Shown: piece by piece, positions 9,941-19,950 of the stretch
How the letters are laid out: every line of letters starts with the position of its first letter
Position numbering within the stretch: the first letter of the stretch is position 1
Origin: a virus
Taxonomy: Duplodnaviria; Caudoviricetes
Reading direction: 5' to 3' (one strand)
Length of the DNA stretch: 64,000 bases
IMG/VR virus record: IMGVR_UViG_3300020190_000054
Span: 633 to 64,632 of that record
The notes under the pieces: generated by a model
The model's database searches: none
What the model was told of the DNA's origin: nothing
Seen by the model: the letters and a program-made list of their open reading frames with translations, nothing else
Translations under genes and position numbers: made by a program

Positions 9941-10288
9941 ATGATGCACGGAGACGCAACAGGTTTCTTAGATAGCTTCGTAAAAGACGAAGTGTTGTGT
10001 CGTTGTTTGTCTGAAGAAGATTTTGGACAACCTCTCGCTACGGCAAAAAGTGATGTACCATTACAGGACATGTACAACCGTGGTTTAGTCGCATGTCAGG
10101 ACGGAAGGGAGAGGACAAATTTGTCGATCGAGGGGGGACGGCCCGGAATGACGGGTTACATTCCGTCGATGGAGCAGGGACTTCAGATGGGAGCAGCACC
10201 CAAGCCCAAAGCATTGGTGATGGAGCTGGAAGAGCCGACCGAGGAGATGCGCGAGATGTCACGAAAGCGCCGTGGTTTAACCCGGTAG
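9941..10288 (+). CDS. hypothetical protein
   Basis: ORF track starts at 9818; ATG at 9941 chosen because it avoids overlap with the divergent gene. Confidence 0.5.
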   Translation: MMHGDATGFLDSFVKDEVLCRCLSEEDFGQPLATAKSDVPLQDMYNRGLVACQDGRERTNLSIEGGRPGMTGYIPSMEQGLQMGAAPKPKALVMELEEPTEEMREMSRKRRGLTR

Positions 10289-10623
10289 ATTCTTACAGTA
10301 CGTCTGTAAATACTGTTCTTCCAGGATTGTTGTCTAATGATTGCGTGGATGGTGTGTGCCCAGTTCCCTGGGCCGTAGTTCCAACGCGACCGGAAATTAA
10401 AGAAGATGTAGTCAATCATCCCAGTCACTACACCGATGGTGGGATCGAATGTATTGAAGCAATTGAAGCTCAATTAACTCTTGAAGAGTATCGCGGTTAC
10501 CTCAAGGGCAACATTGCAAAATATGTATGGCGTGAGCGTCACAAAGGAGGAAGTGAGTCCCTCAAGAAAGCCCAGTGGTACTTAACACGTCTTGTTGAGC
10601 TAGGCGACGTTCAGAAGGGCTGA
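10093..10623 (+). CDS. DUF3310 (SaV-like) protein; start uncertain
   Basis: VNHPSHYT.GGIECIEAI...GYLKGN..KYVWR..HKGG..SLKKAQWYL. Confidence 0.85.
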   Translation: MSGRKGEDKFVDRGGTARNDGLHSVDGAGTSDGSSTQAQSIGDGAGRADRGDARDVTKAPWFNPVDSYSTSVNTVLPGLLSNDCVDGVCPVPWAVVPTRPEIKEDVVNHPSHYTDGGIECIEAIEAQLTLEEYRGYLKGNIAKYVWRERHKGGSESLKKAQWYLTRLVELGDVQKG

Positions 10624-10913
10624 AGCTCGTCTTCATCATCGTCATCGTCATAGACCATACAGGCCTGGGCTAGTTCAGCTAGTTCCAGGTCCGTTGGAAT
10701 ATCAAAATCAAGTTCAATGTGTTCTCCGGCCATTATTTCTTTTACCGCTTGCCACTCCATTAACCGCTGGTAGTAAAGGTTCAGGAGTGCGCTATGGAGT
10801 TGATCCCATGTCATTTCTTGCGCAGCAAGCTCAGCCTTACGCATGGAAAATTGAAGCTCTAATGGAAGTTCAAATTCGCGTGGTTCGACTGACCTCTCCA
10901 TTGCGTTCTTCAT
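10611..10913 (-). CDS. nblA: NblA-like phycobilisome degradation adaptor
   Basis: ELPLELQFSMRK...QEMTWDQLHSALLNLYYQRL matches the NblA pattern L.LEQ.F..R....V..M...Q....L..LY.Q. Confidence 0.7.
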   Translation of the reverse strand: MKNAMERSVEPREFELPLELQFSMRKAELAAQEMTWDQLHSALLNLYYQRLMEWQAVKEIMAGEHIELDFDIPTDLELAELAQACMVYDDDDDEDELQPF

Positions 10914-10937
10914 GATTCTTTTGAAAGTATTCTAAGA

Positions 10938-11600
10938 CTAGCTTGCAAATATAGCGTCAAGGTCTTCTTCGGTGAATGGGTGCCAGGGGTTTTGCTTAAT
11001 GTTGAATTCATTTGCAAATTCCGCCAGGAGATAGGGGTTGGTTACTTCTTCTAGTTTGCGGATTGCACGGACCTGGTGAGGTGCGGCACTGTAGTTTCGG
11101 AATGCAGTAAGAAGAATTTCAGTAGACGCCCAGGGACTGGCATTTACTTCTCGCAAGAACAAATCAACTTCTTCTCTCCGTCGTTCCAGCAAGCCACCAA
11201 TGACTTTGTGTTCTTGGTCAAAGATCCAATGACTGATCTCATCTGTGGCAGCACCCCAGTCTTCTTGGTCGATGAAGTCGACGATGGCGCTGTAAAGAAA
11301 GGGTTCCCATCCAACAGAATGAACAAAAGAAATCAAAGCCTGTCGCATGGAGTCGTCCATATGGACATTTAACTCTTTCAACTGTTTATCAATTAGTTTG
11401 ATTTCGTGAAACAGATATTCCAGGGCTTTTTCTTTGGTGCAGCAATGGCCTTGGCGCACAGCAGAACCATCGGGATAAAATTGAGTTCCATAACCAAATG
11501 TGTATGGGTCTTTGCCGGTTTGTTGATCCGGGTACGCTTTTTCGTTAAAACCTTCGTATTTACGAATAATTTTTATGGCGTCGCCAAAGTAGCTACCCAT
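10938..11600 (-). CDS. endolysin, GH24 phage lysozyme
   Basis: IRKYEGF..KAYPD...YTFGYGT, QALISFVHSVG, GGLLERRREE. Confidence 0.9.
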   Translation of the reverse strand: MGSYFGDAIKIIRKYEGFNEKAYPDQQTGKDPYTFGYGTQFYPDGSAVRQGHCCTKEKALEYLFHEIKLIDKQLKELNVHMDDSMRQALISFVHSVGWEPFLYSAIVDFIDQEDWGAATDEISHWIFDQEHKVIGGLLERRREEVDLFLREVNASPWASTEILLTAFRNYSAAPHQVRAIRKLEEVTNPYLLAEFANEFNIKQNPWHPFTEEDLDAIFAS

Positions 11601-11646
11601 GGATTTAGATCAATTAAATCCATGATACACAAATAATAATTAAGTG

Positions 11647-11772
11647 TTAGCCCTTTCCCTGGCCACGGGATTTTTTACGTCCGTGATTTGGCTTGGAATG
11701 TTGACCGTCACCTTGTTTGGTGCGCTTTGGCTTCGATTCTTTTTTTAAAGAAGTAGTTTTTGCTTTTCCCAT
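11647..11772 (-). CDS. 41-aa highly basic peptide (not in the ORF track)
   Basis: Manual translation MGKAKTTSLKKESKPKRTKQGDGQHSKPNHGRKKSRGQGKG; fills the gap between genes. Confidence 0.6.
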   Translation of the reverse strand: MGKAKTTSLKKESKPKRTKQGDGQHSKPNHGRKKSRGQGKG

Positions 11773-11777
11773 TTAAG

Positions 11778-12083
11778 TCACCATTTAACTTTATCTGCCC
11801 AGTAAGCAGCCGACATCCTGCCTTTTGCAATGTTTTTTGCATGACGTGCTTTAAAGCTGGCACGTTTTTGTTTCATGCGTTCAGATTCACCAGCTTTGGG
11901 TTTACCAGCGGTCTCTGCTCCTTGCTCACCAAACCTAATGATTTTTTCCTTCCCTCCTTCACACGCTTTGACAATGTGACTTTTCTTAGGATGCCCTGAA
12001 GTTTTTTGAGGTTTATTGCATGCCATTTCACTCTTCTTATACCGATGAGCGGCACTAGCTGCTTTTTTCGCCTTCTCAGACAT
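11778..12083 (-). CDS. basic conserved phage protein
   Basis: KKSHIV...KIIRFG.QG...RASFKARH...SAAYWADKVKW motif. Confidence 0.75.
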   Translation of the reverse strand: MSEKAKKAASAAHRYKKSEMACNKPQKTSGHPKKSHIVKACEGGKEKIIRFGEQGAETAGKPKAGESERMKQKRASFKARHAKNIAKGRMSAAYWADKVKW

Positions 12084-14823
12084 TTAAACCTTTAAACAAC
12101 GAAGTAAATTCACCCAGGATTTGAGATCCGGTTTTGGATTTGTAATCCGAATCATCATCTTCTAATCCTAACTTAAAGTAATTATCCACAGTACCTGCTT
12201 TTTCTTCTTTATCAAAAGTATCTTTATCTTCCCCAAAGAAACTTTCAATCGTACCGAGGGATGCAAAGGGATCACTTAAATCAAGCCCAGAAGTTTTCAG
12301 TGCGGTATCTCTTCCAGACTTAGTAAGCAATACCTGTTCGCCACGATCTAAGTCTGGGAAAAAGTTTGTGTAAAACTCATCTTCAGTTCCTTGATACCCA
12401 GAAGATTGAAATACTCTATAAAGTTCGGTCTGGGGTTTGGCCATTTCATCTTTATAATCTTCTGGCCTTTCAATGTAAGTAACACCAAGCACTTCTTGAG
12501 TAGGGCGTTGGCGTTTCTCATTTAAGTATTTAATTTCTTCTCGAATTTGTTGAGCAGAACCAGTGCGCAACGTTTCGATTACATACTGCTTTAACTCTTC
12601 AATATCTCCTTTAAATTCAGATAAACCATAACGTTCTAAAATCTCTTGCCAAGTATTTTTATCAGTAGGATCCAAGCCACGCAGCATCTCATCCGCAAAT
12701 TCTTCTGGGGTTAAAAACTGCCCAAAAACCGACCCTTGCTTTAACGCTTCCTCTTTTAATGCCGGTAGTATTTGACTGTAAATATAATCGCTGACTTTGC
12801 TTGCATTAAGAATGTCATCAGCTGGGTCATAACCACGTCCTTGTCCTTTTACCTGGAAGTGAACACGAGCAAATTGATCTTTATCGTTAACATCAATGCC
12901 AAAACGATAAGCTTGCTGAGCCCAGTACGGATCACCGTTCTTTGCTGCTTCCCAATCAGCTTCCACGGTTGACTTTTGAGTAGCGTAATCAGCTTCTCTT
13001 GCTTTGTTTCCAGTGGGATTAAAGTAAAAATCAGCATCAAAATATCGACCAGGCGTGGACTTTAGCTGGTCAATATATTGTTTTGACCTAATATCTGCCA
13101 CTAATTTGGCAGCATTCATAATGTCTTGCGTCTGAAAAGGATTTTGTTCTTCTTGTCGAATATCAAGATACTCAACAAATTCATCCATGGAACGAGATGT
13201 GTCAAAACGAGGAATCAAATACTTATCAATAAACTCTCTTGCAAATTCGGCTTCTACTTTGATTTGTTGTTGTGCTTCTCCATCGGACAAGCCAAGCTCA
13301 ATAGCTTCGTCATACTTAGTTTTTAACTCATTATCAAACCATTGTTGCCAGTTGTAAGAAACATTGTTACGTACACCGCTAATTCCCTGGAGCTGTTTAA
13401 GCAAGGATTCTTCTGCTTTTCCTGCCGAAGTAAAGGAAAGCAGACCACCAACTCCTGAATCCCCCAGGATTGAATTAGATAGTTCTTTATTGATGTCGTA
13501 GATTTCAGAAAAACCACCAAAGCCCTGGAAGATTGCCAACTCTTGTTCTCTTGCTTTGGCTTTCTTCATTTCGCTAATGGTATCTTTTAAAACATTCTGT
13601 GCCAGGGCACCAAACTTTTTGACATCAACTTGGGCTTTTTCTCCTACTGCTTCGTTGATGGCGTCTTCTAATTCTGTAATTCCATAACCAGCATTAGCGT
13701 TGTAATTTAAACGAATTTGTTGATCCTCTGGACGATCAGACAAACGGAATAACGCTGCAAAATCATCAGCTTTTGTTACATCTAAATAATTCTTTTTCGC
13801 CAGAGAATCCCAGTACGGATCATCGCGCTTAGCTTTTTCCCACTCAGCGGCAACTTCCGGAATGTTTAACAAACGTTGCGTTTGTGTATCTGTGTCAATA
13901 CCTAACTGCAGGGTACGTGCCGCTTGAAGGTCTGCATCCGTGGGGGTTTCTTCAATGTATTTGTTAGCTGCTGTCGTTATTTCAGCAGCGTTACCGCGCC
14001 TTCCTGCTGCTTTACCTGTGTTTGTGTAATGTTGTAGGTAATATCCATTTTCGCCATACCTCTGGGTAATATCAATATCGTCATTGGCGACTGCAGCTTG
14101 CCAGGATTGGGAAACTTCGGGATTTTGGTTTTTGTAGTACGAAGGATCAAACTCACCATATGGCGGTTTAGCCCCAAGAGATGCATCCCATACTTGTAAT
14201 TTTTCAGTCGAGTAAAAAGACTTGTAATAGTCTTCCAGGGTTTTCTTTAGTCTTGAGTCAATGTTCTGTATGTTACGAATTGTTTCCCGACGGTTAACAT
14301 AATCACCGCCCTGCGTGTTGTTTGCCGTTCCAACCGTTGTATCATATGCAGAGTTTTTTGCTGCATTTGCCTGGTTGGTACTGGTATTTGTAGCATTTAA
14401 CTGCGAATTAGATTGATTGGTCGCTGCATTGATCTTATTTGCATTGCGATTTTGCTCGTTTAATTGAATATTGGTGTTGTTATATCGACTTCTTGTTTCG
14501 TAATCTGTGTAAGATTCTTGTTCCCAGTAACCTTGCTGAATTGGAACACTTTCAGTCCTTGTTACAGGAACCGCTGTCATTTGGGAACGACCCTGTGAAT
14601 CGTATGTAGTTCTATATTCGTAAGTCGTGTATGTCCGCGTTTCCCAAACTGTTCGATATTTATAAACAGACCTGTATTTTGTTACCGGAACTCGATAGTA
14701 GTCAATCTCCGGGTAATCTGTTTTTAAATTCGTAGGAAAGTTAGTCGGATAATCAGTTTTATAATCTGTTTTTTCGTAACTTAAGTTCCATTTACGAGCA
14801 GCTGGATCATACGAAAGTCCCAT
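12076..14823 (-). CDS. large putative virion structural protein
   Basis: 915 aa; repeated FD..YY..N/W..AK.DDPYW/H(Y/F)...G...GR units. Confidence 0.65.
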   Translation of the reverse strand: MGLSYDPAARKWNLSYEKTDYKTDYPTNFPTNLKTDYPEIDYYRVPVTKYRSVYKYRTVWETRTYTTYEYRTTYDSQGRSQMTAVPVTRTESVPIQQGYWEQESYTDYETRSRYNNTNIQLNEQNRNANKINAATNQSNSQLNATNTSTNQANAAKNSAYDTTVGTANNTQGGDYVNRRETIRNIQNIDSRLKKTLEDYYKSFYSTEKLQVWDASLGAKPPYGEFDPSYYKNQNPEVSQSWQAAVANDDIDITQRYGENGYYLQHYTNTGKAAGRRGNAAEITTAANKYIEETPTDADLQAARTLQLGIDTDTQTQRLLNIPEVAAEWEKAKRDDPYWDSLAKKNYLDVTKADDFAALFRLSDRPEDQQIRLNYNANAGYGITELEDAINEAVGEKAQVDVKKFGALAQNVLKDTISEMKKAKAREQELAIFQGFGGFSEIYDINKELSNSILGDSGVGGLLSFTSAGKAEESLLKQLQGISGVRNNVSYNWQQWFDNELKTKYDEAIELGLSDGEAQQQIKVEAEFAREFIDKYLIPRFDTSRSMDEFVEYLDIRQEEQNPFQTQDIMNAAKLVADIRSKQYIDQLKSTPGRYFDADFYFNPTGNKAREADYATQKSTVEADWEAAKNGDPYWAQQAYRFGIDVNDKDQFARVHFQVKGQGRGYDPADDILNASKVSDYIYSQILPALKEEALKQGSVFGQFLTPEEFADEMLRGLDPTDKNTWQEILERYGLSEFKGDIEELKQYVIETLRTGSAQQIREEIKYLNEKRQRPTQEVLGVTYIERPEDYKDEMAKPQTELYRVFQSSGYQGTEDEFYTNFFPDLDRGEQVLLTKSGRDTALKTSGLDLSDPFASLGTIESFFGEDKDTFDKEEKAGTVDNYFKLGLEDDDSDYKSKTGSQILGEFTSLFKGLNV

Positions 14824-14824
14824 G

Positions 14825-15187
14825 TCACACCGCCAAGGTCAAGCTGCTGTCGTAATGTAAAAAAATGTCGATTACATCTTGCGACATCCAAGCTTTAATT
14901 CTATCCAGCCTAGCTTCGCTAAAGAATTCTTGATTTTGATACCACTGTTCCATGGGTGTACTGGACTTGGACGCATTGCAACGTCGACAGCATGGAATTA
15001 AATTATATCGATTGCTGGAACCAGAACGAAAACGGGGTATGATGTGATCCAAGCTTGTTGCATCTGCATCACAATATCCACACTTATGTTCCCAGTCTTT
15101 GTAAATCTCCTCTCTAAAACGTTTTTTAGCAAGTTTGGGGGTTATCTCAACGAGTAAAGCAAGTGGTTCATGCTCGCTCGCAAACAT
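14825..15187 (-). CDS. HNH endonuclease (zinc-finger HNH)
   Basis: CGYC...SLDHIIPR..SG...NLIPCCRRCNASK. Confidence 0.9.
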   Translation of the reverse strand: MFASEHEPLALLVEITPKLAKKRFREEIYKDWEHKCGYCDADATSLDHIIPRFRSGSSNRYNLIPCCRRCNASKSSTPMEQWYQNQEFFSEARLDRIKAWMSQDVIDIFLHYDSSLTLAV

Positions 15188-15323
15188 ACTTTTCAGTAGT
15201 CGTTACCTTATTCTAAGTTTGATCATCCGTATAGAACTGTTACAAAACCATTAAAGCTTTCTTAAAAACCATGTCGTTTTTTTCATAATCGGTAAGGTGT
15301 TTTTGTACGCGTTTCTTTGCGCC

Positions 15324-15548
15324 ATGACCAAAGTCCGAGGTTGGGTTCCTGTCAGCAGAGCTGTTGAGCTGCTCGGTATTGACCGCAAGACTCTCTTTAA
15401 GCTCCGCGACAACGGCACCTTGAAACTGGGGCCGCACTTCGCAGCTTTTCCTGAGACCCGTTCCCGTGATAGCTATCGGTGGAATACCGAAAACATCAGG
15501 AAGCATCTGCGGAAACAAGCTCCGGAATTGCTGACTGTTTCAAATTAA
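15324..15548 (+). CDS. excisionase-like HTH protein
   Basis: WVPVSRAVELLGIDRKTLFKLRD..LK.G.H(F)...YRWN. Confidence 0.6.
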   Translation: MTKVRGWVPVSRAVELLGIDRKTLFKLRDNGTLKLGPHFAAFPETRSRDSYRWNTENIRKHLRKQAPELLTVSN

Positions 15549-15957
15549 TTTGCTTATAGAATTTTTTGCGAAATTGATAACTAAGAACCAGATCAGTAAT
15601 GTTGTACGACACCTGACCTGACGCAATAGTTTTATAGATCAAAAAGCAAAGTTCTTCCCAACAGCTTTCCACATTGGAAGGCTGTTTTTCTTTAAGTTGA
15701 AATAAAAGAACCCATTGTGGATGCAATGGGCGAAGAGGTCTTTTTTTATTTTTAATTGATATTGTGTTATCAACATTCCAACGGAAACCTTTTAGTTCTT
15801 CTGGCTTAACACCAAAGGTTGCCATCATGCCATAAAACCAACTTATCTTTCGACCGTTGCGGAATGAAAGACTATGGAAAAAATCATCCACTATCCGCTG
15901 GTCAAGCGGCGGAGGCTGAAAAGGAATCATGGCGTGTACTGCGGCGGTAGAACCCAA
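15496..15957 (-). CDS. truncated/degenerate tyrosine-integrase-like protein
   Basis: WFYGMMATFGVKPEEL (cf. box I A.YGLRP.E) and RPLHPQWV..F.L; no HxxR or catalytic Tyr region; only about 150 aa. Confidence 0.5.
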   Translation of the reverse strand: MGSTAAVHAMIPFQPPPLDQRIVDDFFHSLSFRNGRKISWFYGMMATFGVKPEELKGFRWNVDNTISIKNKKRPLRPLHPQWVLLFQLKEKQPSNVESCWEELCFLIYKTIASGQVSYNITDLVLSYQFRKKFYKQINLKQSAIPELVSADAS

Positions 15958-16057
15958 CCGTATGCATGGTACCTAACAGAGCGTCAGCTCTAAAGCAATT
16001 CTTAATGAGTCCCGTGGGACTTAGTATAAGTATACATTATGCATTAAGCAATATTAC

Positions 16058-16285
16058 TTAGTCAGGTCCTATGCCACTTGCATATGCAGCCCAGGCTAAA
16101 CCAATTGCACTCATGGTAGACGTTTCACCAGATACGTAAGGAAGGTGTACAACATCACCCACATGATAAACAGTGGGAACACCGCTGTAAGATACTTTAC
16201 TATTGCCATAAATACGGCCATCTAATTGGTCAGAAGAATAAATAAAATTAGTGTCAACAACGTCACCAAAAATTGGTCCGCTCAT
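16058..16285 (-). CDS. small putative structural protein
   Basis: 75 aa; overlaps the stop of the upstream gene. Confidence 0.5.
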   Translation of the reverse strand: MSGPIFGDVVDTNFIYSSDQLDGRIYGNSKVSYSGVPTVYHVGDVVHLPYVSGETSTMSAIGLAWAAYASGIGPD

Positions 16286-17835
16286 AATCCTGGTCTTTGA
16301 TTAAGTGCCGGAGTATAGAAATCTCCATTTTTATCAATCATTTTAAAACCTGCCATGCGCACAAATGTCGATGGTACGTTAAATAATTTTTGCATCATCG
16401 GCATCATCATTGGTGCTTGGCAATTGTAAGGAGGCACATCCATTCTTGCCAGCGACATTCTTTGTAAATCAGCTGCCCTTGCTTCTGTTTGGTCTTTTTC
16501 TGTATCTTCTACCAGCTTTTGTTCCCATGCTGTCATGCTCTCAATGCCAACAGGAAAATCAGAAGGCTCGGGAGGAAACACACCTTCTTCATACTTCATG
16601 GCATAAATATGTTTGCAATAGCGAATTTCATCAAGCAACGGAGTCCATGTATCTGTAATCGCAGTAATTACATTTCCTGTAGCAGCATAATCATTGTAAG
16701 TAGGCATGCCTTCCGACCTTGATCCAGGTAATGAAGGATTGCTGGTGCTTCTTAAATACATTGAACCAAAATCTCGAAAAACGCCTGGATTATCTCTATT
16801 TGCACCAGGGACTGTAGATGAGCTTGGCGTAACAGTTGGAGGAACATTAAATTGAGGTGCCGGAGAAATAATTTTCATTTCCCTATTTTCTTGCGCAGAA
16901 GTCATCGCAGAGTTATCCACTACTCCACGCTTAGTCATGATTTCATATCGACCGGGCTTTAATACTGCAATATTCGTACGGGGAAATGCACGTTTATTCG
17001 TATCGCTTAACGTTTTCATATATTGATAATCACGCCGAGTAAAGTCTTGACAAGAACAACAGTACCTTGTTCCGGTCATCAAAAACCTACCAACATTCGG
17101 TGGTCTGCTTGCAGGAGTAATTAGTTGCCGATCAGGTGTTGCTTCAACCGAACCTTCTTTGCGTAATTTAAGAATGCCTGTAAATGGATCCGTATCAACT
17201 AAAACAGCTTGTACATAACCATATCTTTTTTGTGTTGTAGGATCAATCGTGTCCCTGGTTATAGGAACACCATTTGCAGTAATAATACGATCTTCTAAAA
17301 TTTCGCCATTAATTGCTTTTAGTCCACCAGGTACTCCTGGGATCGCAACATAAAGGGGAGGTGGAAGCGGATTTGTAGTGCTCCAGGATCCTGCTAATTG
17401 TATATACCAATATGTATCATCTTCTGTGATTGAAGCAATAGAAGTCTTAACTCCTGTGCTGTCTTCAACGTTATCAAAACGCAAGCTGCCAGCAACTCGG
17501 ATACCAGCCCAATGCATTCCAAATTCTTTGTTCTTAGTGGGAAAGCCTTTAAAAATACCTGGAATTAAAGGCGGATTCCCTGTATTGGACGGCGTTCCAG
17601 AAGGTACTGGAATTGTGTATTGAAATGGATATTCGTAAGAATTGTCATAAAAACAAGCCGTGGCAATTTCATAGCCACGCCTCCAGCGAGTCCAAGCAGA
17701 TTCTCTATTTACAGCATATAAAGAATCTGGAACAGAACCTTTGGAGAATTCTGTTGTAATTGGTTTTACCGGTCTAGGGTCAAACGTTTTTACTTTTCCA
17801 AAGGTTCCGAAAGAGCTTCCACTCTTTTTTGCCAT
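16282..17835 (-). CDS. hypothetical protein with a split SWIM-like zinc-finger motif
   Basis: 517 aa; YCCSCQDF and YCKHIYA far apart in the sequence. Confidence 0.65.
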   Translation of the reverse strand: MAKKSGSSFGTFGKVKTFDPRPVKPITTEFSKGSVPDSLYAVNRESAWTRWRRGYEIATACFYDNSYEYPFQYTIPVPSGTPSNTGNPPLIPGIFKGFPTKNKEFGMHWAGIRVAGSLRFDNVEDSTGVKTSIASITEDDTYWYIQLAGSWSTTNPLPPPLYVAIPGVPGGLKAINGEILEDRIITANGVPITRDTIDPTTQKRYGYVQAVLVDTDPFTGILKLRKEGSVEATPDRQLITPASRPPNVGRFLMTGTRYCCSCQDFTRRDYQYMKTLSDTNKRAFPRTNIAVLKPGRYEIMTKRGVVDNSAMTSAQENREMKIISPAPQFNVPPTVTPSSSTVPGANRDNPGVFRDFGSMYLRSTSNPSLPGSRSEGMPTYNDYAATGNVITAITDTWTPLLDEIRYCKHIYAMKYEEGVFPPEPSDFPVGIESMTAWEQKLVEDTEKDQTEARAADLQRMSLARMDVPPYNCQAPMMMPMMQKLFNVPSTFVRMAGFKMIDKNGDFYTPALNQRPGL

Positions 17836-17838
17836 GAC

Positions 17839-18618
17839 TTAGAAGAATCCGCCTTGAGCACTAATGTGAGCACCTGGAGTATAACCAGAGATATTGGGAC
17901 CGTCAGGGAAAACGCCAACGTAAATACGGTCGCCGCGTTCTAAATAAACACCTTTATTCCGAAGAGGAGAACCGTTACCAAGTCCAGTAGTGTTACCAGC
18001 GGAAACCACAGGAACGGCAAGTTCAGGCATTACATCAGTACAGTCAACACGCTGTGTATTGGCTGGGACTTGTTTAATAAATAAAACTTTGTAATCACCT
18101 GACGCGGGAATCGGGGTCGTTGTACCACGGGTGTGGTAGAACACAAAAGTTACTTCTGGTTGATAACCATAGTTAACACCGTTGTAATTAAACCCGGAAG
18201 AAGTACCACCTGAATAAAGAAGATTGGTATTAACACCTGTAAGTGTTGTAGCTCCGGTATAAGTGTAATAACCAAAACCATTTGAGGCGGCACTAGTTAA
18301 GACGCCAGTTTCAAAAACAAGAACAACTTGCCCACTTACCAACGAGACAACAGCGCCTGAGGTAGCAGCACTTACAACGTAATCAGCATCGCGGTAATAA
18401 TCGTTTCTAACAATTTCAATTGAGTCAACAACACCGCCATTATTGTTGTCTTCGCTAAGGGCAGCATCCATGTCCACCAAAATAGATGGAGCTTGGCCGC
18501 CTTGAACAAACACAGTATTTGAAGAAGCGCTGCCAACGGTTTGAGTCGTGACACGCACCGAATCAAACAGCGGCCTATCAATAAAAAGGGGTTGCTTGTT
18601 CGTGCTAGTACTTGACAT
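17839..18618 (-). CDS. putative tail/virion structural protein
   Basis: 259 aa, G/S/T/V beta-rich composition. Confidence 0.6.
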   Translation of the reverse strand: MSSTSTNKQPLFIDRPLFDSVRVTTQTVGSASSNTVFVQGGQAPSILVDMDAALSEDNNNGGVVDSIEIVRNDYYRDADYVVSAATSGAVVSLVSGQVVLVFETGVLTSAASNGFGYYTYTGATTLTGVNTNLLYSGGTSSGFNYNGVNYGYQPEVTFVFYHTRGTTTPIPASGDYKVLFIKQVPANTQRVDCTDVMPELAVPVVSAGNTTGLGNGSPLRNKGVYLERGDRIYVGVFPDGPNISGYTPGAHISAQGGFF

Positions 18619-18698
18619 TCACTTTCTCCTGCTTAGCTTTTGCGCAGCACCGCTTAGGGTTATAGCTTTTATTTTAGTAGACAATACTTCTATTTGCT

Positions 18699-18959
18699 TC
18701 AGGTCATGAAATCTTGAAAGCTGCCAAAAGGAGTCTCTGGCAAAGGCATGGAAAGCCTGGCCATGATCTCTGGATCATTTTGCATTGCTAAAAATCTTTG
18801 AAAATATTGACCTTCGTCAGTACCTGGTTGAAATTTAAATTTCTTTTTTGCCATGTATGCTGTTTTTAATTGAGGATACGCACCGTAATCCTCTAAACCA
18901 GCAGAATAAACTTCCCCTGGAAGATAAGAAGAATCTACATAATCAGAAAATTTGGCCAT
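18699..18959 (-). CDS. hypothetical protein
   Basis: 86 aa; TAATG coupling. Confidence 0.55.
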   Translation of the reverse strand: MAKFSDYVDSSYLPGEVYSAGLEDYGAYPQLKTAYMAKKKFKFQPGTDEGQYFQRFLAMQNDPEIMARLSMPLPETPFGSFQDFMT

Positions 18960-19717
18960 TACGCTTCTTCTCCCACGAAAAATTTTAAGAAATCTTGAGG
19001 TGTTGGTAAGTTCATCCCTGTGTCCAAAGATAATAAATTACCAACTGCTGGTGCACTCATCAACGAACTCCGTTGTTGACGAAGAAAAGGAATCGCGCCC
19101 ATAACTTTTTGGAGTAAGCCGGAACCTAATAAATCACCACGTTGAACTTGTTGCGCGGTAACTGATGGTTGTGCCTCCACAGCGGCAAGAGAATCAGATC
19201 CCTGGGGCGCACGTGCTTTTCCTTGTTCAAAAAACTTTTGAATCTGAGAAGAAGATTTAACGGGTTGTCCGTAATAGCTTTTACCAGACATAGTGGGGAA
19301 AGAAGCCCACTCAGGAGAAAGAGCTGCCTGAATCTGCGGAGTTAATGTGCCCGCCTTACTAATTGCCGCTAATCCGCCCAAGGGCATAAGACGTTCCCGT
19401 ACTTTTGCAAGCATGGCAATGTCTTGAGATTGAGGACCAAAATCCTTTAGCCCCAAACGTTTTTGAACAGCTGCATAAGTTCCGGGCATAAATTGATACG
19501 CACCAGCAGCCGCACTGGAATAACCGCCAGGAGAACTGATTACACGATCTGGATGGCGCGAAAAGTCCTTAAAACGACCGCCGCCAAACATGACATTGTA
19601 ACCAGGGCCACCACCAAGGATTGTTCCTTCTGCACCAGCGATAGCTTGTTTTAAGCCAGAGAATGCGCCGGGATTTTGCCTGGCCCACTGCTCTAATAAC
19701 TGACGCTCCTTGGACAT
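18959..19717 (-). CDS. lambda-R-type lytic transglycosylase (GH104), probably virion-associated
   Basis: IAGAEGT, YNVMFGG, DFSRHP, SAAAGAYQFMPGT, DFGPQSQD, EWASFP, YGQP; low-complexity C-terminal tail. Confidence 0.9.
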   Translation of the reverse strand: MSKERQLLEQWARQNPGAFSGLKQAIAGAEGTILGGGPGYNVMFGGGRFKDFSRHPDRVISSPGGYSSAAAGAYQFMPGTYAAVQKRLGLKDFGPQSQDIAMLAKVRERLMPLGGLAAISKAGTLTPQIQAALSPEWASFPTMSGKSYYGQPVKSSSQIQKFFEQGKARAPQGSDSLAAVEAQPSVTAQQVQRGDLLGSGLLQKVMGAIPFLRQQRSSLMSAPAVGNLLSLDTGMNLPTPQDFLKFFVGEEA

Positions 19718-19950
19718 TGGTGCTTCCGGTTCAATCTCCTACCCAATTTGATTCTGCCTTAAGACCGGGGATGAATACTGCTTGGAGTGCCAAAACAAGA
19801 CTCAGTTTGGCAGTAAGTCGACGGACAAAATTACGGCAGAGAATCATTTGGTTAATGCAACAACACTGGCCTCCGTAGATCAAAGATCTGTTATCCAGCT
19901 GGTGGACTTACGCACAAAGTACTGCCAAGTAAATTTAGTTTACCAGGAAG

